Below, piece after piece: positions 28,871 to 39,300 of a DNA stretch of 64,000 nt. The notes under the pieces were generated by a model. That model had not been told where the DNA came from, did not search any database, and saw nothing but the letters and a program-made list of their open reading frames with translations. The DNA comes from Candidatus Omnitrophota bacterium. Lineage in GTDB: Bacteria; Omnitrophota; Omnitrophia; Omnitrophales; Aquincolibacteriaceae. The translations under genes were made by a program, and so were the position numbers. Position 1 is the stretch's first letter. Each line of letters begins with the position of its first letter. Location of the stretch: contig DAOSLF010000008.1 of NCBI GenBank assembly GCA_035368605.1, positions 1,964 through 65,963 on the forward strand. The letters run 5' to 3'.

Positions 28871-31800
28871 CTAGTCCCCGGGAAGGGACTCTTCTTCGGC
28901 TCCGGCCGCAGGGGACAGCTCCTCCTCATAGCCGAGGAACCTTTCAAAGCCCCTGTTTACGAGGATATAAAGGCACGGCAGGACGACCAGAGTGAGGAGC
29001 GTGGAAGAAAAAAGGCCGCCCATGGCGGTCACAGCCAGCGGCGACAGAAGGTCGGCACCTTCACCCGACAGAGCGAGCGCGACCGGCAACATGGCAAGGA
29101 TGGTCGTCGTTGCCGACATCAGAATGGGACGCGTACGGGTCTTCACGGCCTCCCACACGGCATCGACCATTTCCTTCCCTTCGGCACGTAGCTGATTGAT
29201 GTATTCCATGAGCACGATACCGTTGGCCACGACGACCCCGCCAAGCAACACGAGCCCGAGAAGAGAAATGACGTTCAGCGTGTTCCCCGTCAGCTTGAGA
29301 GCCAGAATCGCGCCGCCGAAAGAAAGAGGCACGGTGACCATGATGATGAGCGGTTGGAGGAACGATTCGAACTGGGCCGCCATGATCATGTAGACGAGCA
29401 TGACCGCGAGCATGAACGCGAACGTCACTCCGCCGAAGTTCTCCTTGATCTCCTTCGCCTTGCCGGACAGCTTGACCTGGAAATCCTCGGGGATATCGTC
29501 CGGCACCTTGAGACCGGCGAGGAACCGCTGGAGATCCGCCAGGACGTCCTTGTCCTGGCGCGATTTGTCGATATCGGCTGAAATGGTCACGGTGCGCTCC
29601 TGGTCGGCACGCTTGATCTCACTCGGCCCCTGGCCACGCTCGATCACGACGAGCTCTTTCATCGGGACATGGACATCGAGAATCTTGGAATAAAGAAGCA
29701 GGTCCCCGAGACCTTCGATATCGGAGCGGTCCTTCTCACTCAACCGGACGCGGACATCGAACTCCCGCCCTCCCTCGCGAAACTGGGTGGCCACCACGCC
29801 CTCGATCGCGGCCTTCGCCGTCAGGGAGATATCAAGGGCAGAGATACCGTAAAGCGCCGCGCGTTTTTTATTGATATCCAGCTTGGTCTCGGGGGATTTT
29901 TCGCCGATGTCATCCTCGATATGGATGATCCCCGGAATACCCGACAGCTTTGATTTCAGCCGCGAAACAAATTCATCCATGATCCTGAAATCATACCCCT
30001 TGACCTCGATCAGGATGGGCTTGACCGCCTGCGTGCCAACCGCGAACTCGCTTTCCTGGAGGACATATTCGACCTTGGCGCTCTCTCTTTCGAGACCAAG
30101 GGCATCCGTTTTTTTCTTCAGGGATGCGACCACGGCGGATGATGTCCTTTTCCGGTTCTGATTGAGGGTCACAAGAATCTGCCCCTGGGACGGGCGAAGC
30201 GTTTCGATCTTGATCTCGCCTCGGCTCGTTTTTTCGCTACCGATCGCAACCGAAATGTCCTTCACGTCCTCTTCTTCACGGAGGACTTCCTCGACCCGCA
30301 TGCAAACCCTGTCGGTGACTCCGAGACGTGTCCCCAGCGGCATGCTCACCTTAACATAGAATTGTCCCTGGTCGGTTTTCGGGAGTACTTCGCGGTCCAT
30401 CGTGGGAACAACAAAGAATGTCGACGCAAGGATCACAAAAACGATTATCAGGACGCTACCCATGATCCCGTTCTGGGCCCCGTGAGTCGGCTGGCTTCGA
30501 ACGCTCCGTTCAAGCGGGGCCAGAAGATCGATCGGCTGATAGTCCTGCTGTTTGATCATAACGTAAGTGGAAAGCAGCGCCACAAGGGTAAGCGGGATGA
30601 ACGTTGAGATGATCTGCGAAAAAATGATGCTCCAGGCAAGGTCCTTGAAGATCTGACCTGCTACGCCGGGAACGAAAACGATCAGGGGGAAAAAGACAGC
30701 GATCGTCGTGAGGTTCGAGGAGATCACGGGCCAGACGACCTCCGCGGCGCCTTCAATCGCGCCCTGTTCCGCGTTCATGCCGGCCTGACGTTTTCGGAAA
30801 ATGTTCTCCAGGACAACGATACTCGTGTCCGTGATCATGCCGATCGCGATCGCGAGCCCGCCAAGGGACATGATGTTGACCGTCACATTCGACAGCGCCA
30901 TCAGCAAAAAGACCCCGAGAATGGTCAGCGGCAGGGATACAACGACCAGCACCGACATCAGGAAGCTTTTGAGATACGCCCACAGGGTGATCAACGCGAG
31001 AATACCGCCCTGGGTGGCCTCGTGGGCGAGGTTCTTGATCGTATTGCGGATAAAGACCGAATGGTCGTAGATAATGTCCACCTTGACGCCGCGGCTCACA
31101 AGATCCTCTTCGAGGAAATCGAGCTCCTTGCGAAGGCGATCCACGGTCTGGATTGTGTTCGCGTTTGACTGTTTCTGGATGGAGAGCGTGATGTTATCCG
31201 CCCCGTTGAACCGGGAAATACTCGTCTTGTCCGCGAGCCCGTCAGTCACCGATCCGATATCCTTGACAAGGACCAGCCGCTTCTCAAGCATCTTTTTCTC
31301 GATCTCTTCGCGGGAGCGGTCGATCGTGAGGCGCGGACCTTCCGTGTCATCGCGTTCGATAAAACTGATCTCCTCACGGCGGACCTTCGCGACATCATCG
31401 ACGCCGACCACGGCAAAACTGATCTCGGAAACCGTCCGGAAATCCCCGACGGTCCTGATCAGGTATTCGTAAAGACCTTTTTTAATACTGCCCGCCGGAT
31501 AGGAGACGTTCGCCTCGTCCAGGGAATCAACGACTTCAAGAAGCGACCGGTGGTTGGCCTGCAGGCGCGGCATGTCGATATCGACGAGAATCTCCCGGTT
31601 CACGCCGCCCGAAATCGCTACGGACGCGACCCCTTCCACTTTTTCGAGACGGTCCTTGAGCATTTTTTCCGTGAGCATCTTGAGACGGACCGGAGGAAGC
31701 TCGGCGCCGGTCACGGAAAGCATGAGGATGGGGCGTGAGAGCGGATCGAATTTCAGAACAACCGGGTCATCGGCCTCTTTGGGAAGACGCTCCTTGATAA

Positions 31801-32140
31801 GATCGACCTTCTCGCGAACCGCAAGGGCGGCAAAGTCGATGTTCTGTCCCCAATTGAAAGACGCGATAATCGTGCTGCGTCCCTCGCGCGACACCGACTC
31901 GATCCGCTTCAGACCGGCCACCGAACCGATAGCTTCCTCAATCACACGCGTGATGAGAGTCTCAATCTCCTCAGGGGCGGCATTGGAATAATCCGTCACG
32001 ATGGTGATCTGGGGAAATGTGATGGGAGGGAAAAGCTCCTGCGGAAGTTTCTGAAAGGAAAGAAAGCCCAGGAGAACCAGGAGGGCGGACAACATGTAAA
32101 CCGTGACTTTTTTCTTAATCGAGAATTCGGGTAAACTCAT
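28871..32140 (-). CDS. RND efflux transporter permease subunit (AcrB/MdtB-like), first of tandem pair
   Basis: 1089 aa, HAE-RND architecture. SNVTVNIMSLGGLAIAIGMITD TM4 motif. Followed 3 bp later by the second RND gene. Confidence 0.9.
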   Translation of the reverse strand: MSLPEFSIKKKVTVYMLSALLVLLGFLSFQKLPQELFPPITFPQITIVTDYSNAAPEEIETLITRVIEEAIGSVAGLKRIESVSREGRSTIIASFNWGQNIDFAALAVREKVDLIKERLPKEADDPVVLKFDPLSRPILMLSVTGAELPPVRLKMLTEKMLKDRLEKVEGVASVAISGGVNREILVDIDMPRLQANHRSLLEVVDSLDEANVSYPAGSIKKGLYEYLIRTVGDFRTVSEISFAVVGVDDVAKVRREEISFIERDDTEGPRLTIDRSREEIEKKMLEKRLVLVKDIGSVTDGLADKTSISRFNGADNITLSIQKQSNANTIQTVDRLRKELDFLEEDLVSRGVKVDIIYDHSVFIRNTIKNLAHEATQGGILALITLWAYLKSFLMSVLVVVSLPLTILGVFLLMALSNVTVNIMSLGGLAIAIGMITDTSIVVLENIFRKRQAGMNAEQGAIEGAAEVVWPVISSNLTTIAVFFPLIVFVPGVAGQIFKDLAWSIIFSQIISTFIPLTLVALLSTYVMIKQQDYQPIDLLAPLERSVRSQPTHGAQNGIMGSVLIIVFVILASTFFVVPTMDREVLPKTDQGQFYVKVSMPLGTRLGVTDRVCMRVEEVLREEEDVKDISVAIGSEKTSRGEIKIETLRPSQGQILVTLNQNRKRTSSAVVASLKKKTDALGLERESAKVEYVLQESEFAVGTQAVKPILIEVKGYDFRIMDEFVSRLKSKLSGIPGIIHIEDDIGEKSPETKLDINKKRAALYGISALDISLTAKAAIEGVVATQFREGGREFDVRVRLSEKDRSDIEGLGDLLLYSKILDVHVPMKELVVIERGQGPSEIKRADQERTVTISADIDKSRQDKDVLADLQRFLAGLKVPDDIPEDFQVKLSGKAKEIKENFGGVTFAFMLAVMLVYMIMAAQFESFLQPLIIMVTVPLSFGGAILALKLTGNTLNVISLLGLVLLGGVVVANGIVLMEYINQLRAEGKEMVDAVWEAVKTRTRPILMSATTTILAMLPVALALSGEGADLLSPLAVTAMGGLFSSTLLTLVVLPCLYILVNRGFERFLGYEEELSPAAGAEEESLPGD

Positions 32141-32229
32141 CGCAAGCAGGATCCTGCCATTGGATTTGTCAGTCGCCCGTCAAAGCAACCTACGGTACCG
32201 TTAGCCCAAACAATGAAATTGAAACGGTG

Positions 32230-33807
32230 TCAGAGTTCGGCTTCCTGGGTCTCGACAAGACGGATCTTCTTTCCATCCTCCAGTCTTTCGAACCCGGTGA
32301 GAACCACGAGTTCCCCTTCCGTGACACCGGCATCCAGCTGAACATAATCCGTCCGGGTATAGCCGACCGTGACAGGGCGTTTTTCGACAACCCCAACCTC
32401 TTTCGTTTTCGCGGTGGCTTCTTCCAGAGTTGTCGCGGCCGCGGGTTTCTTTTTGAGCGCCATCGCCGCAAGCCCGGTCAGCCCGCCCTGGGGAAGGACT
32501 TCTTCGGGCTTCACGGCCGGTCGCTCAGACTCGTTCAGCTTGATCACATAAAGCCATTTCTCCCCCTCCCCGCCCTGGACAGCATCGGTCGGGACAACCA
32601 GTGCGTCCTTCTTGCTGTATAGCAGGATACGAACCCGGGCGAACATACCGGGCATGAGCAACCCTTCGGGGTTCTCGATCCGGACACGCGCCGTCGACGT
32701 CCGGCTCGTTCCCGAAATCTGCGGGGCGACATTTTCAATCACACCATCAAAGGATTTGTCGGGATACGCGTCCACGAAGACCTTCGCCTTCTGTCCGACC
32801 GAAATCTTCTGCACATCGCGTTCCACAATCCCGAACTCCGCGTAGACATATTCGGTGTTGATGTGCGTACCGACCAGGGTGCTTTGGGAGATGTTTTCGC
32901 CTTCCTGGATGTTCAACCCTCCCAGCATTCCCGAGGAAGGGGCGTAAAGGTTCGATTTCTCGAGCATTGATTCGTTCGCCTTCATCTCGAGACGCTGGGT
33001 CTCCGCTTCGTACTTCGCGGCGTCCAGTTCCAGCTTCTTCTTCTCAAGCGTCGACGCGGGAATGGCGCCCATCTTCAGAAGCTTCTCGTTCTCTGTCACC
33101 TCATTCTCGGCAACCTTGGCCTGTGACTCGGCCTTGTTAAAGGCCGCTTGCGCGCGTTTTAGACGAAGCAGGATATCATCCTGTTTCAGCGAGATCAGGA
33201 GCGCGCCTTCCTCGTAGCGTTCGCCTTCCCTGTAGTTGATCGAGCTGACGACTCCGGGTATCTCGAAGCTCAGCTTCACTTCCATCGCTCCCTTGATCGT
33301 CCCGAGAACGTTGAGGGAGTCTTCATAATTGAACCGCCCCACCTTGAATCCTTTCACCGCGACCGGCGCGTCCTTCGCGGCTTCCGCCTGCTGTCTCATC
33401 GTGTCTTTGAGGGAAACCTTGGCGGTCTTGTGGAAGAGACCGAAGATCGCCTTACCGCCGATAAAAAGCGCCAGAAGGACCACGAGCGCGATCACAGCCT
33501 TCGGCGCGTTCCGCAATATCCACGGGCCGTGAGGCTCTTTCACGGTCTTCGGCGCCACAAAGCTTTTCGGGGCAAGCGGCGGCTGAATCCGGGAGGACGG
33601 AGACGGCGCCGCCGGTTTCGCAACCGGTTTGGGCGCGGGTTCCGGTGCCGGGGGAACGGGCGAAGGCTCGGGAGCCTTCGGCTCTTCGTGATCCGGGTGC
33701 GAGAACTTCTCGATCAAACGTTTCAGTTTTTCAGGATCCGACCTCAGTCGCTCCTTGTCGTGAGGGTCCTGACCGGGACGATAATCGGGCGTTTTATCTG
33801 GGTCCAT
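32230..33807 (-). CDS. RND efflux periplasmic adaptor (membrane fusion protein) with Pro/Ala-rich N-terminal extension
   Basis: TM anchor, then coiled-coil hairpin (LEMKANESMLEKSNLYAPSSG), lipoyl/beta-barrel motifs and MP domain. N-terminal 120 aa is low-complexity Pro-rich. 525 aa. Confidence 0.85.
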   Translation of the reverse strand: MDPDKTPDYRPGQDPHDKERLRSDPEKLKRLIEKFSHPDHEEPKAPEPSPVPPAPEPAPKPVAKPAAPSPSSRIQPPLAPKSFVAPKTVKEPHGPWILRNAPKAVIALVVLLALFIGGKAIFGLFHKTAKVSLKDTMRQQAEAAKDAPVAVKGFKVGRFNYEDSLNVLGTIKGAMEVKLSFEIPGVVSSINYREGERYEEGALLISLKQDDILLRLKRAQAAFNKAESQAKVAENEVTENEKLLKMGAIPASTLEKKKLELDAAKYEAETQRLEMKANESMLEKSNLYAPSSGMLGGLNIQEGENISQSTLVGTHINTEYVYAEFGIVERDVQKISVGQKAKVFVDAYPDKSFDGVIENVAPQISGTSRTSTARVRIENPEGLLMPGMFARVRILLYSKKDALVVPTDAVQGGEGEKWLYVIKLNESERPAVKPEEVLPQGGLTGLAAMALKKKPAAATTLEEATAKTKEVGVVEKRPVTVGYTRTDYVQLDAGVTEGELVVLTGFERLEDGKKIRLVETQEAEL

Positions 33808-35719
33808 GGTTTCCTTCGAGCGTCAGGTATTCCTGAATACCGACGGCATGGTTGAGAGCCGCTTTCGCGGAGTAATAATCCTTAAGGGCCTTATGCAGAT
33901 CCCCCCGCTCCCGGACAAGATCGGATTCGGCCTGCATGTACTCGGAAATTTCGACCTCTTTGCGCTCAAGCCGGTGCCTCGCAAGATCACGGAGGCGTTC
34001 CCTCCACTTCGCGCGTTTGGTATTCGACCGCACCTGGATCAGGGCCTTCTGATAATCATAAAACGCCTGCTTCACGTCCTGCAGGACCTGCTTTTCGGCC
34101 TTTTCAAGTTCCACGACCTGGTTCAGCTTGTCGACCTCTGCCTGTTTGACGTTCACATAAGCGTCGAGGCCGTCCAGGATGCCGATCGTAAGATTGTTCT
34201 TCCGGAGGCTCGTTCCCTGCCCCGCGGCGTACTGGGTGATCGACGGCGCCTTCTTGTCCTTATCGTAAGTATAACTGACCTTGTTACCCCCAACGTTCCA
34301 GTTCAGCTCCAGCATCAGACGCCATTCACGTTTGAGAACCGGATCATCCTTGTAGCCTGCGCCGTAAACTTCCCCGATATCATCCGTCCACGCTTCACCA
34401 AGCGCTCCGGCTTCCCAGGTCAAAAAAGCCTTCGGAAGGAACTCCCCCCAGCGGACCCGTTCGCCAAGCCGGGTCGCCTGGAGTTTTGCGGCTTCAACCT
34501 GGAGTTCCGGGCGGTTCGCATAGGAAAGATCCACGACCTTCGGAAGCTCCGGCGTGATCTCATCTCCCAGGGATCTCGCCACGCTGACCCAGTCCGAAGC
34601 CTTGTCGCCGGGCTCTCCCTCGACCGATGTCGCTTTTTCAAGAATGGCGCTGAGGTCATAGGTCTTGACCAGCTGGACGGTATCCTCGACCGAAAGGTCC
34701 AGATAGCGCTGCATGTCGAGCTTCGCGATCTCGAATTCCTGCCTGGCGGTCTCAAGATCGAACTGCATTTGCGAGTAAAGCGACTGCACATTCAGCCGCT
34801 CGATCTCCGAGATCAGGTTCTCCCTGAATTTCTCCTCGGACATGTCGGCATAACGTTTCATCTGCGCCACGGCCGCCTCATGTTCGCTGATGGTCTGAAG
34901 GGTCCTCTGGTACTCGAAATAGGCGCGCGAAAGATCGAAGATGAGGTCGGAAATGATCTTGTCGTACTGCTTTTGGGAAGCTTCCAGGCTGGATTTCTCC
35001 TGGAGGAACGTGTTCCAGAGGATACCGCCGTTGAAAAGCGGCTGCCGGAGCGAAAAACGCCAATCCCTGCCCGTAAAGGCATCACCGCTGAGCGTTCCGA
35101 CCCGCGCATTGGTCGAAACGGACATTTCCGGGAAAAGTTTCCGGAAAGCGTAAAGCACGCGCCGGTTGTAAAGATTGATACTCTCATGTGTGGCGCGGGC
35201 CTGGGAATGGACCGATTTCGCGCGAAGAATGAGGCTGCTCAGGTCCTTGGGACCGCTCCGGAGGAAAGCGTCTTTTTGCTGGACCTTGATCGGCGTGATC
35301 GCGGCACGGATGTACATGCGATCAAGATAAGGCATCTGTTTTTGACGTTCGTCGCGCATGGCACGCACCTGCTGTTTCAAGGCATCGTTCATGGCCGCGT
35401 CAATAGATTCAGCCCTGACCTTTTCACTCTGGACGGAAGAAGGTTCCCGTCCCCGGAATTTCCGGGATTTTTTCTTCTGCGGCTCTTGCTCCGCTCGCAC
35501 GTCTTTCTTTCTGACGGCCTTGATCTCGTTGACCGCCGGCGGCGTCACGATCCCCGGCGCAAGGACCAACGCGGAAGTATCCTTGGAGAGTCCGGCGTCC
35601 TGGACCTGTGAAATACCGGGCTGCGGGGTGCCGCCGGCATCGTTCTGGGCATAGGCAATGGGGCAAAGGTTCGCCAGAAAGACAACGATGCCCGCAGATA
35701 TAAAAAGTCTGTTTTTCAT
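33794..35719 (-). CDS. outer-membrane efflux protein (TolC-like OMF) with N-terminal extension
   Basis: Signal peptide. Two OEP repeats with coiled-coil segments. 641 aa, with an additional approximately 150-aa N-terminal region. First gene of the operon, overlapping the MFP gene by 14 bp. Confidence 0.8.
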   Translation of the reverse strand: MKNRLFISAGIVVFLANLCPIAYAQNDAGGTPQPGISQVQDAGLSKDTSALVLAPGIVTPPAVNEIKAVRKKDVRAEQEPQKKKSRKFRGREPSSVQSEKVRAESIDAAMNDALKQQVRAMRDERQKQMPYLDRMYIRAAITPIKVQQKDAFLRSGPKDLSSLILRAKSVHSQARATHESINLYNRRVLYAFRKLFPEMSVSTNARVGTLSGDAFTGRDWRFSLRQPLFNGGILWNTFLQEKSSLEASQKQYDKIISDLIFDLSRAYFEYQRTLQTISEHEAAVAQMKRYADMSEEKFRENLISEIERLNVQSLYSQMQFDLETARQEFEIAKLDMQRYLDLSVEDTVQLVKTYDLSAILEKATSVEGEPGDKASDWVSVARSLGDEITPELPKVVDLSYANRPELQVEAAKLQATRLGERVRWGEFLPKAFLTWEAGALGEAWTDDIGEVYGAGYKDDPVLKREWRLMLELNWNVGGNKVSYTYDKDKKAPSITQYAAGQGTSLRKNNLTIGILDGLDAYVNVKQAEVDKLNQVVELEKAEKQVLQDVKQAFYDYQKALIQVRSNTKRAKWRERLRDLARHRLERKEVEISEYMQAESDLVRERGDLHKALKDYYSAKAALNHAVGIQEYLTLEGNHGPR

Positions 35720-35829
35720 AAGTTTATGACGGGGCGCATTTTATCATTTAAAAATACACTTTGCACGGACGTTATTCTATCGACCGCCGGGGAACGTGAC
35801 TTGATGGAAAATTCCGCGCTTTGTCCCGT

Positions 35830-36327
35830 TTATTCCGGCATCTTGCGATACCACCCGTCCAAGGGCTCCGAGTCGCAGGCCCCGGAAGGGAGATCATAGA
35901 CATTGCCGCGGCGGTCGGGGGTTCCCGCCGGCACCAGACACACTGTCCGGACACTCCGCTTGTCCGAAGCCGCGATCACCGTTGCGGGCACGTCCTTGTT
36001 ATATGAAATATCCGCGTTCCTCGCGGGGAAGGTATAGGTCTTTTCGAACTGGTCGCGGTCGTAACAACCGTTCCCGATGATTGCCTCCCCGATCACCCCT
36101 TCCGAGTCGAGATGGCCCCACTTCGTTCCGGCGGGAAGGACACCTCCGTGCTCCTGGACGTAGATACGCAGGCAGTAGGACATGGCGCGCAACCCGGCGA
36201 TCGCGCTATCCGCCCGCTTCTGATCGGCGCCTTTCCGGAAATTCGGGAGCGCGAGCGAAGCCCCGATGGCAATGATGATGACCACCACGATCAGCTCCAG
36301 AAGTGTCAAACCGTTCTTACGCGTCAT
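35830..36327 (-). CDS. prepilin-type N-terminal cleavage/methylation domain protein (GspH/PilE-like pseudopilin)
   Basis: MTRKNG|LTLLELIVVVIIIAIGASLALPNF class III signal with Glu5. 165 aa. Last gene of minor pseudopilin module 1. Confidence 0.7.
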   Translation of the reverse strand: MTRKNGLTLLELIVVVIIIAIGASLALPNFRKGADQKRADSAIAGLRAMSYCLRIYVQEHGGVLPAGTKWGHLDSEGVIGEAIIGNGCYDRDQFEKTYTFPARNADISYNKDVPATVIAASDKRSVRTVCLVPAGTPDRRGNVYDLPSGACDSEPLDGWYRKMPE

Positions 36328-39300
36328 ATCCTGTTCCTTTCACCGGTTCCTCCCGGAAATCCCTTCGGACAATCGAAAAAAGCAACATGCCCGACTTATA
36401 CGGCAAAGGCGGCGGGTTAGTCCTTAGTTTATCATTGAAAGAGTAGTCCCGGACCGGTGCGGTGTAGTACGGAGCCTCTGGCGCCGCGGCTCTGCTCCAG
36501 TAATAATATGTGGTCCCAAAAAAAGCCGGCGTTCCGTCGGAGCGCTTCATCTCTTCAGAATCCCATCCTGAGACAAGGCTTCCCCGAAAATGGAGCGTCG
36601 CCCTAGTGTCATCCGCGGGAGAATTGGGTGTTCCCTTCGTGTCATACCATAACTCCTGGAAATTGATCAGATTTTCCAGCCCGCCGCTGTACTTGGCTTC
36701 CCAAAGAGGCCCCTGAGCTTTCCATGTGTAACGGAGCTTCGGGAAATACGGAAAATAGTTCTGATCACGATCGGGGCAAAGTCCACTTCCAAGCCAGGAA
36801 GGGGACTCCTCGTTATCCGTCGTGGCAGGATCATCCACTGTCCAGTCGGGAAACTTCGTTAATAAATCCCGGTTGTTGTTTTTATCCGGATTAACATTGT
36901 CATATTTTGCACCGCAAATGCAATGGGAGGTCCGCGCGGACGTTTCCGTCTTCCACTCAGAAACCGAAATCCATCTGCAGGCGGGGACAGTTTTTTCTTC
37001 CGTAGGCGGATCACAGACGTACACGGAAGACGGGGTTTGCGCCGTTTGTTTGTACGACTCGATCCAGTTTTTTACGCAAGCATACTGAAGCGGAGCATCA
37101 ACCTCTCCATACCCCTTCCGGATTCTCCGGAACGTGACCCCGGGATATCCCATACTCGGGAACGGGAGTTCACCGCCGTCGCGTTTGTAGATAATGTATC
37201 CATCATCCACTCCCGCCGCAGTGCTGTTGTCCCGCACAGCTTCCGTAATCGGAATCTTTAGAGGATCCGTGGCTTTAAAATAATCCTGGGGCAGCCGGTA
37301 GGTGTTGACATTTTGAGTACCGGGGATCGGCGGATCAGTGCGACTGGGCGTTGCAGGATAAGGCACAGACGCCGAACTTCTCCGATAATATTCTCTGACA
37401 AGATTATAAGGAACCGTGGTCTTGTCGAGATAGTATTGAAACGTGCTTCCCGCAGCCTCCATGATGGTATTATTACTCTTAAGCCTTTGAACGAGCTCTG
37501 AATCCGGATTAAGGTAGCCGATACCATTCTCGTCATAAACGGAAGCAGGAACCCCCGGTGATTCATAGAAATTAAACTGATCGTCCCCAAAATAAAGGCA
37601 TGGAGTACGGTCAGGCTGTGATTCAACGGGTTCCGTCTTAAGGTCACAGGAGGGCATACTCCAGATCGCGGGTTTCAGCGGTTTCACCAGCTGGCTCGGG
37701 AGATGCCCGGTCACGACCGCCGCGTTCAGGATCGTGTCGGACGCGACACGCGACTCCAGCGTTTGGGCAGCTGTTTCATTATCGGAATTCCAGCTGTTGG
37801 ACAAGACACCAAAACTGTCACTGTAAAGATCGGCCGGCGGCACGTTGCGTTCGTTAGTGGCGCAGGCGCCTGATTTGAGTTCCTCCGCCGAGCAAGCATC
37901 CGTTAAGAGAACACCGTCGGCGTCATAAGGGTAAATGTTGTAATCCCCCTGAACCCAAAGGCGCCCATTCGTTACCACAGAAAGCCCGGATAGCGGAAGT
38001 TCCGCTCCGCCACTGACCTTGACAAGAAGAGGTCCCGCGCTTTCAGCGATCACAGGATAAGCCGGGACTGTCTGAACGTAGATCACAGGTTTGTCGGTTG
38101 AAAAATCCAGCCCGTAACGCTGCCGCATCCTGTTCAGAAAAGTTTTTACGTTGATCTCGATCAACCTGGCGGAACGGCGCAATCGATAGTCGTAAAAATT
38201 TTCTTTCAGATAAACGCCGTTCGCTTCGCTCCCGTCCAACAGCCCACTTGAAAATCCGAGCGAAGAGACCGTGGTCGCACCCGCCTTGTGGATGAACAGC
38301 TTGTAGGTCCTGCAGTCCGCATCGACACACCTGAAGACCAGGCTGGCACAGGTTTGGTATTTATACCGCCGAATCCGCTGGTCCTGCGGGTCATCGCTGT
38401 CGCCATCCCGGTCTTCATCGCCGTTAAGAGCAAGCGGCTCGATCAGCTTGTGAGGAGCCAGGTCTTTCCCCCCCACAGGGAGCGCGTGGCGCGTGACACC
38501 ATGAGAGGGATGGTCCGCGATCATCGCGCTGCGGAGATCCGACTTCTTCGGGAACCCCGTCCAGAAAGGGTTGACCATGGGCGCGGTAGAAACGGGGTTC
38601 GACGCTTCCCATCCCGGCAACAGTTTTCGGGCCTCTGCCCTGGAAGGCCCAATAGCAGCAGAAACGCTCAAGTCATTTCCAACCCCTGACTTGTAAGATT
38701 CGGCGTAGGGAACTTTGGAAGGGAAATCGCAGCTCGCTTCAGTCTTTCGGATCGGCGTGGAGGGAACGGCCGACGAAAGCAACACGTACGGCTTCGTTTC
38801 ACCTGGCTTCACAACCAAGATCGTATGGGCGGTGGCCCCGCCATACTGGACTGAGTTCCGGAACGTGTAAACGAACGGGGGAGCTTCGTCAGCATCATAT
38901 CCGAGAAATCTTTTCGCCGCGGGCTCCCCGTAAACCTCGACCCCTTTCGTCCCCTCAACATAAAAAGGGTGGGACGATTCATCGGTCTTGTAAAAATCCG
39001 GAACCGCCGCGCGGTATTTGTTGTTTTTGAGGAAATAATTCTCCGCAAGCGCAGTCTTGAAATAGAAGTAAATGTTGCCTGCGCTCCGGAGCGCGTAATA
39101 TTCGGTATTGGTGGAATCGTCCGGAGGCATCCTGAGCGTCAGCCTACTTCCGCTGCCGGTCATCAAGTAAACGTTCCCGTTCGAAAAAATCGGCCCCTGG
39201 AGTTCCCAATCCGGGCCCGCCGCGATCTCAAGGTCCGTGTTGTAAAAGACCGCATAATCAAAAAGCCGGCCGGTCCGCACTTGAATCTTCTGGGAATATT

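Noticed and set aside
27932-29191. 419-aa plus-strand ORF
   Set aside because: Spans the junction of the two RND permease genes on the opposite strand. Artefact.
33806-35611. 601-aa plus-strand ORF
   Set aside because: Entirely antisense to the TolC-like OMF gene. No motifs. High-GC frame artefact.
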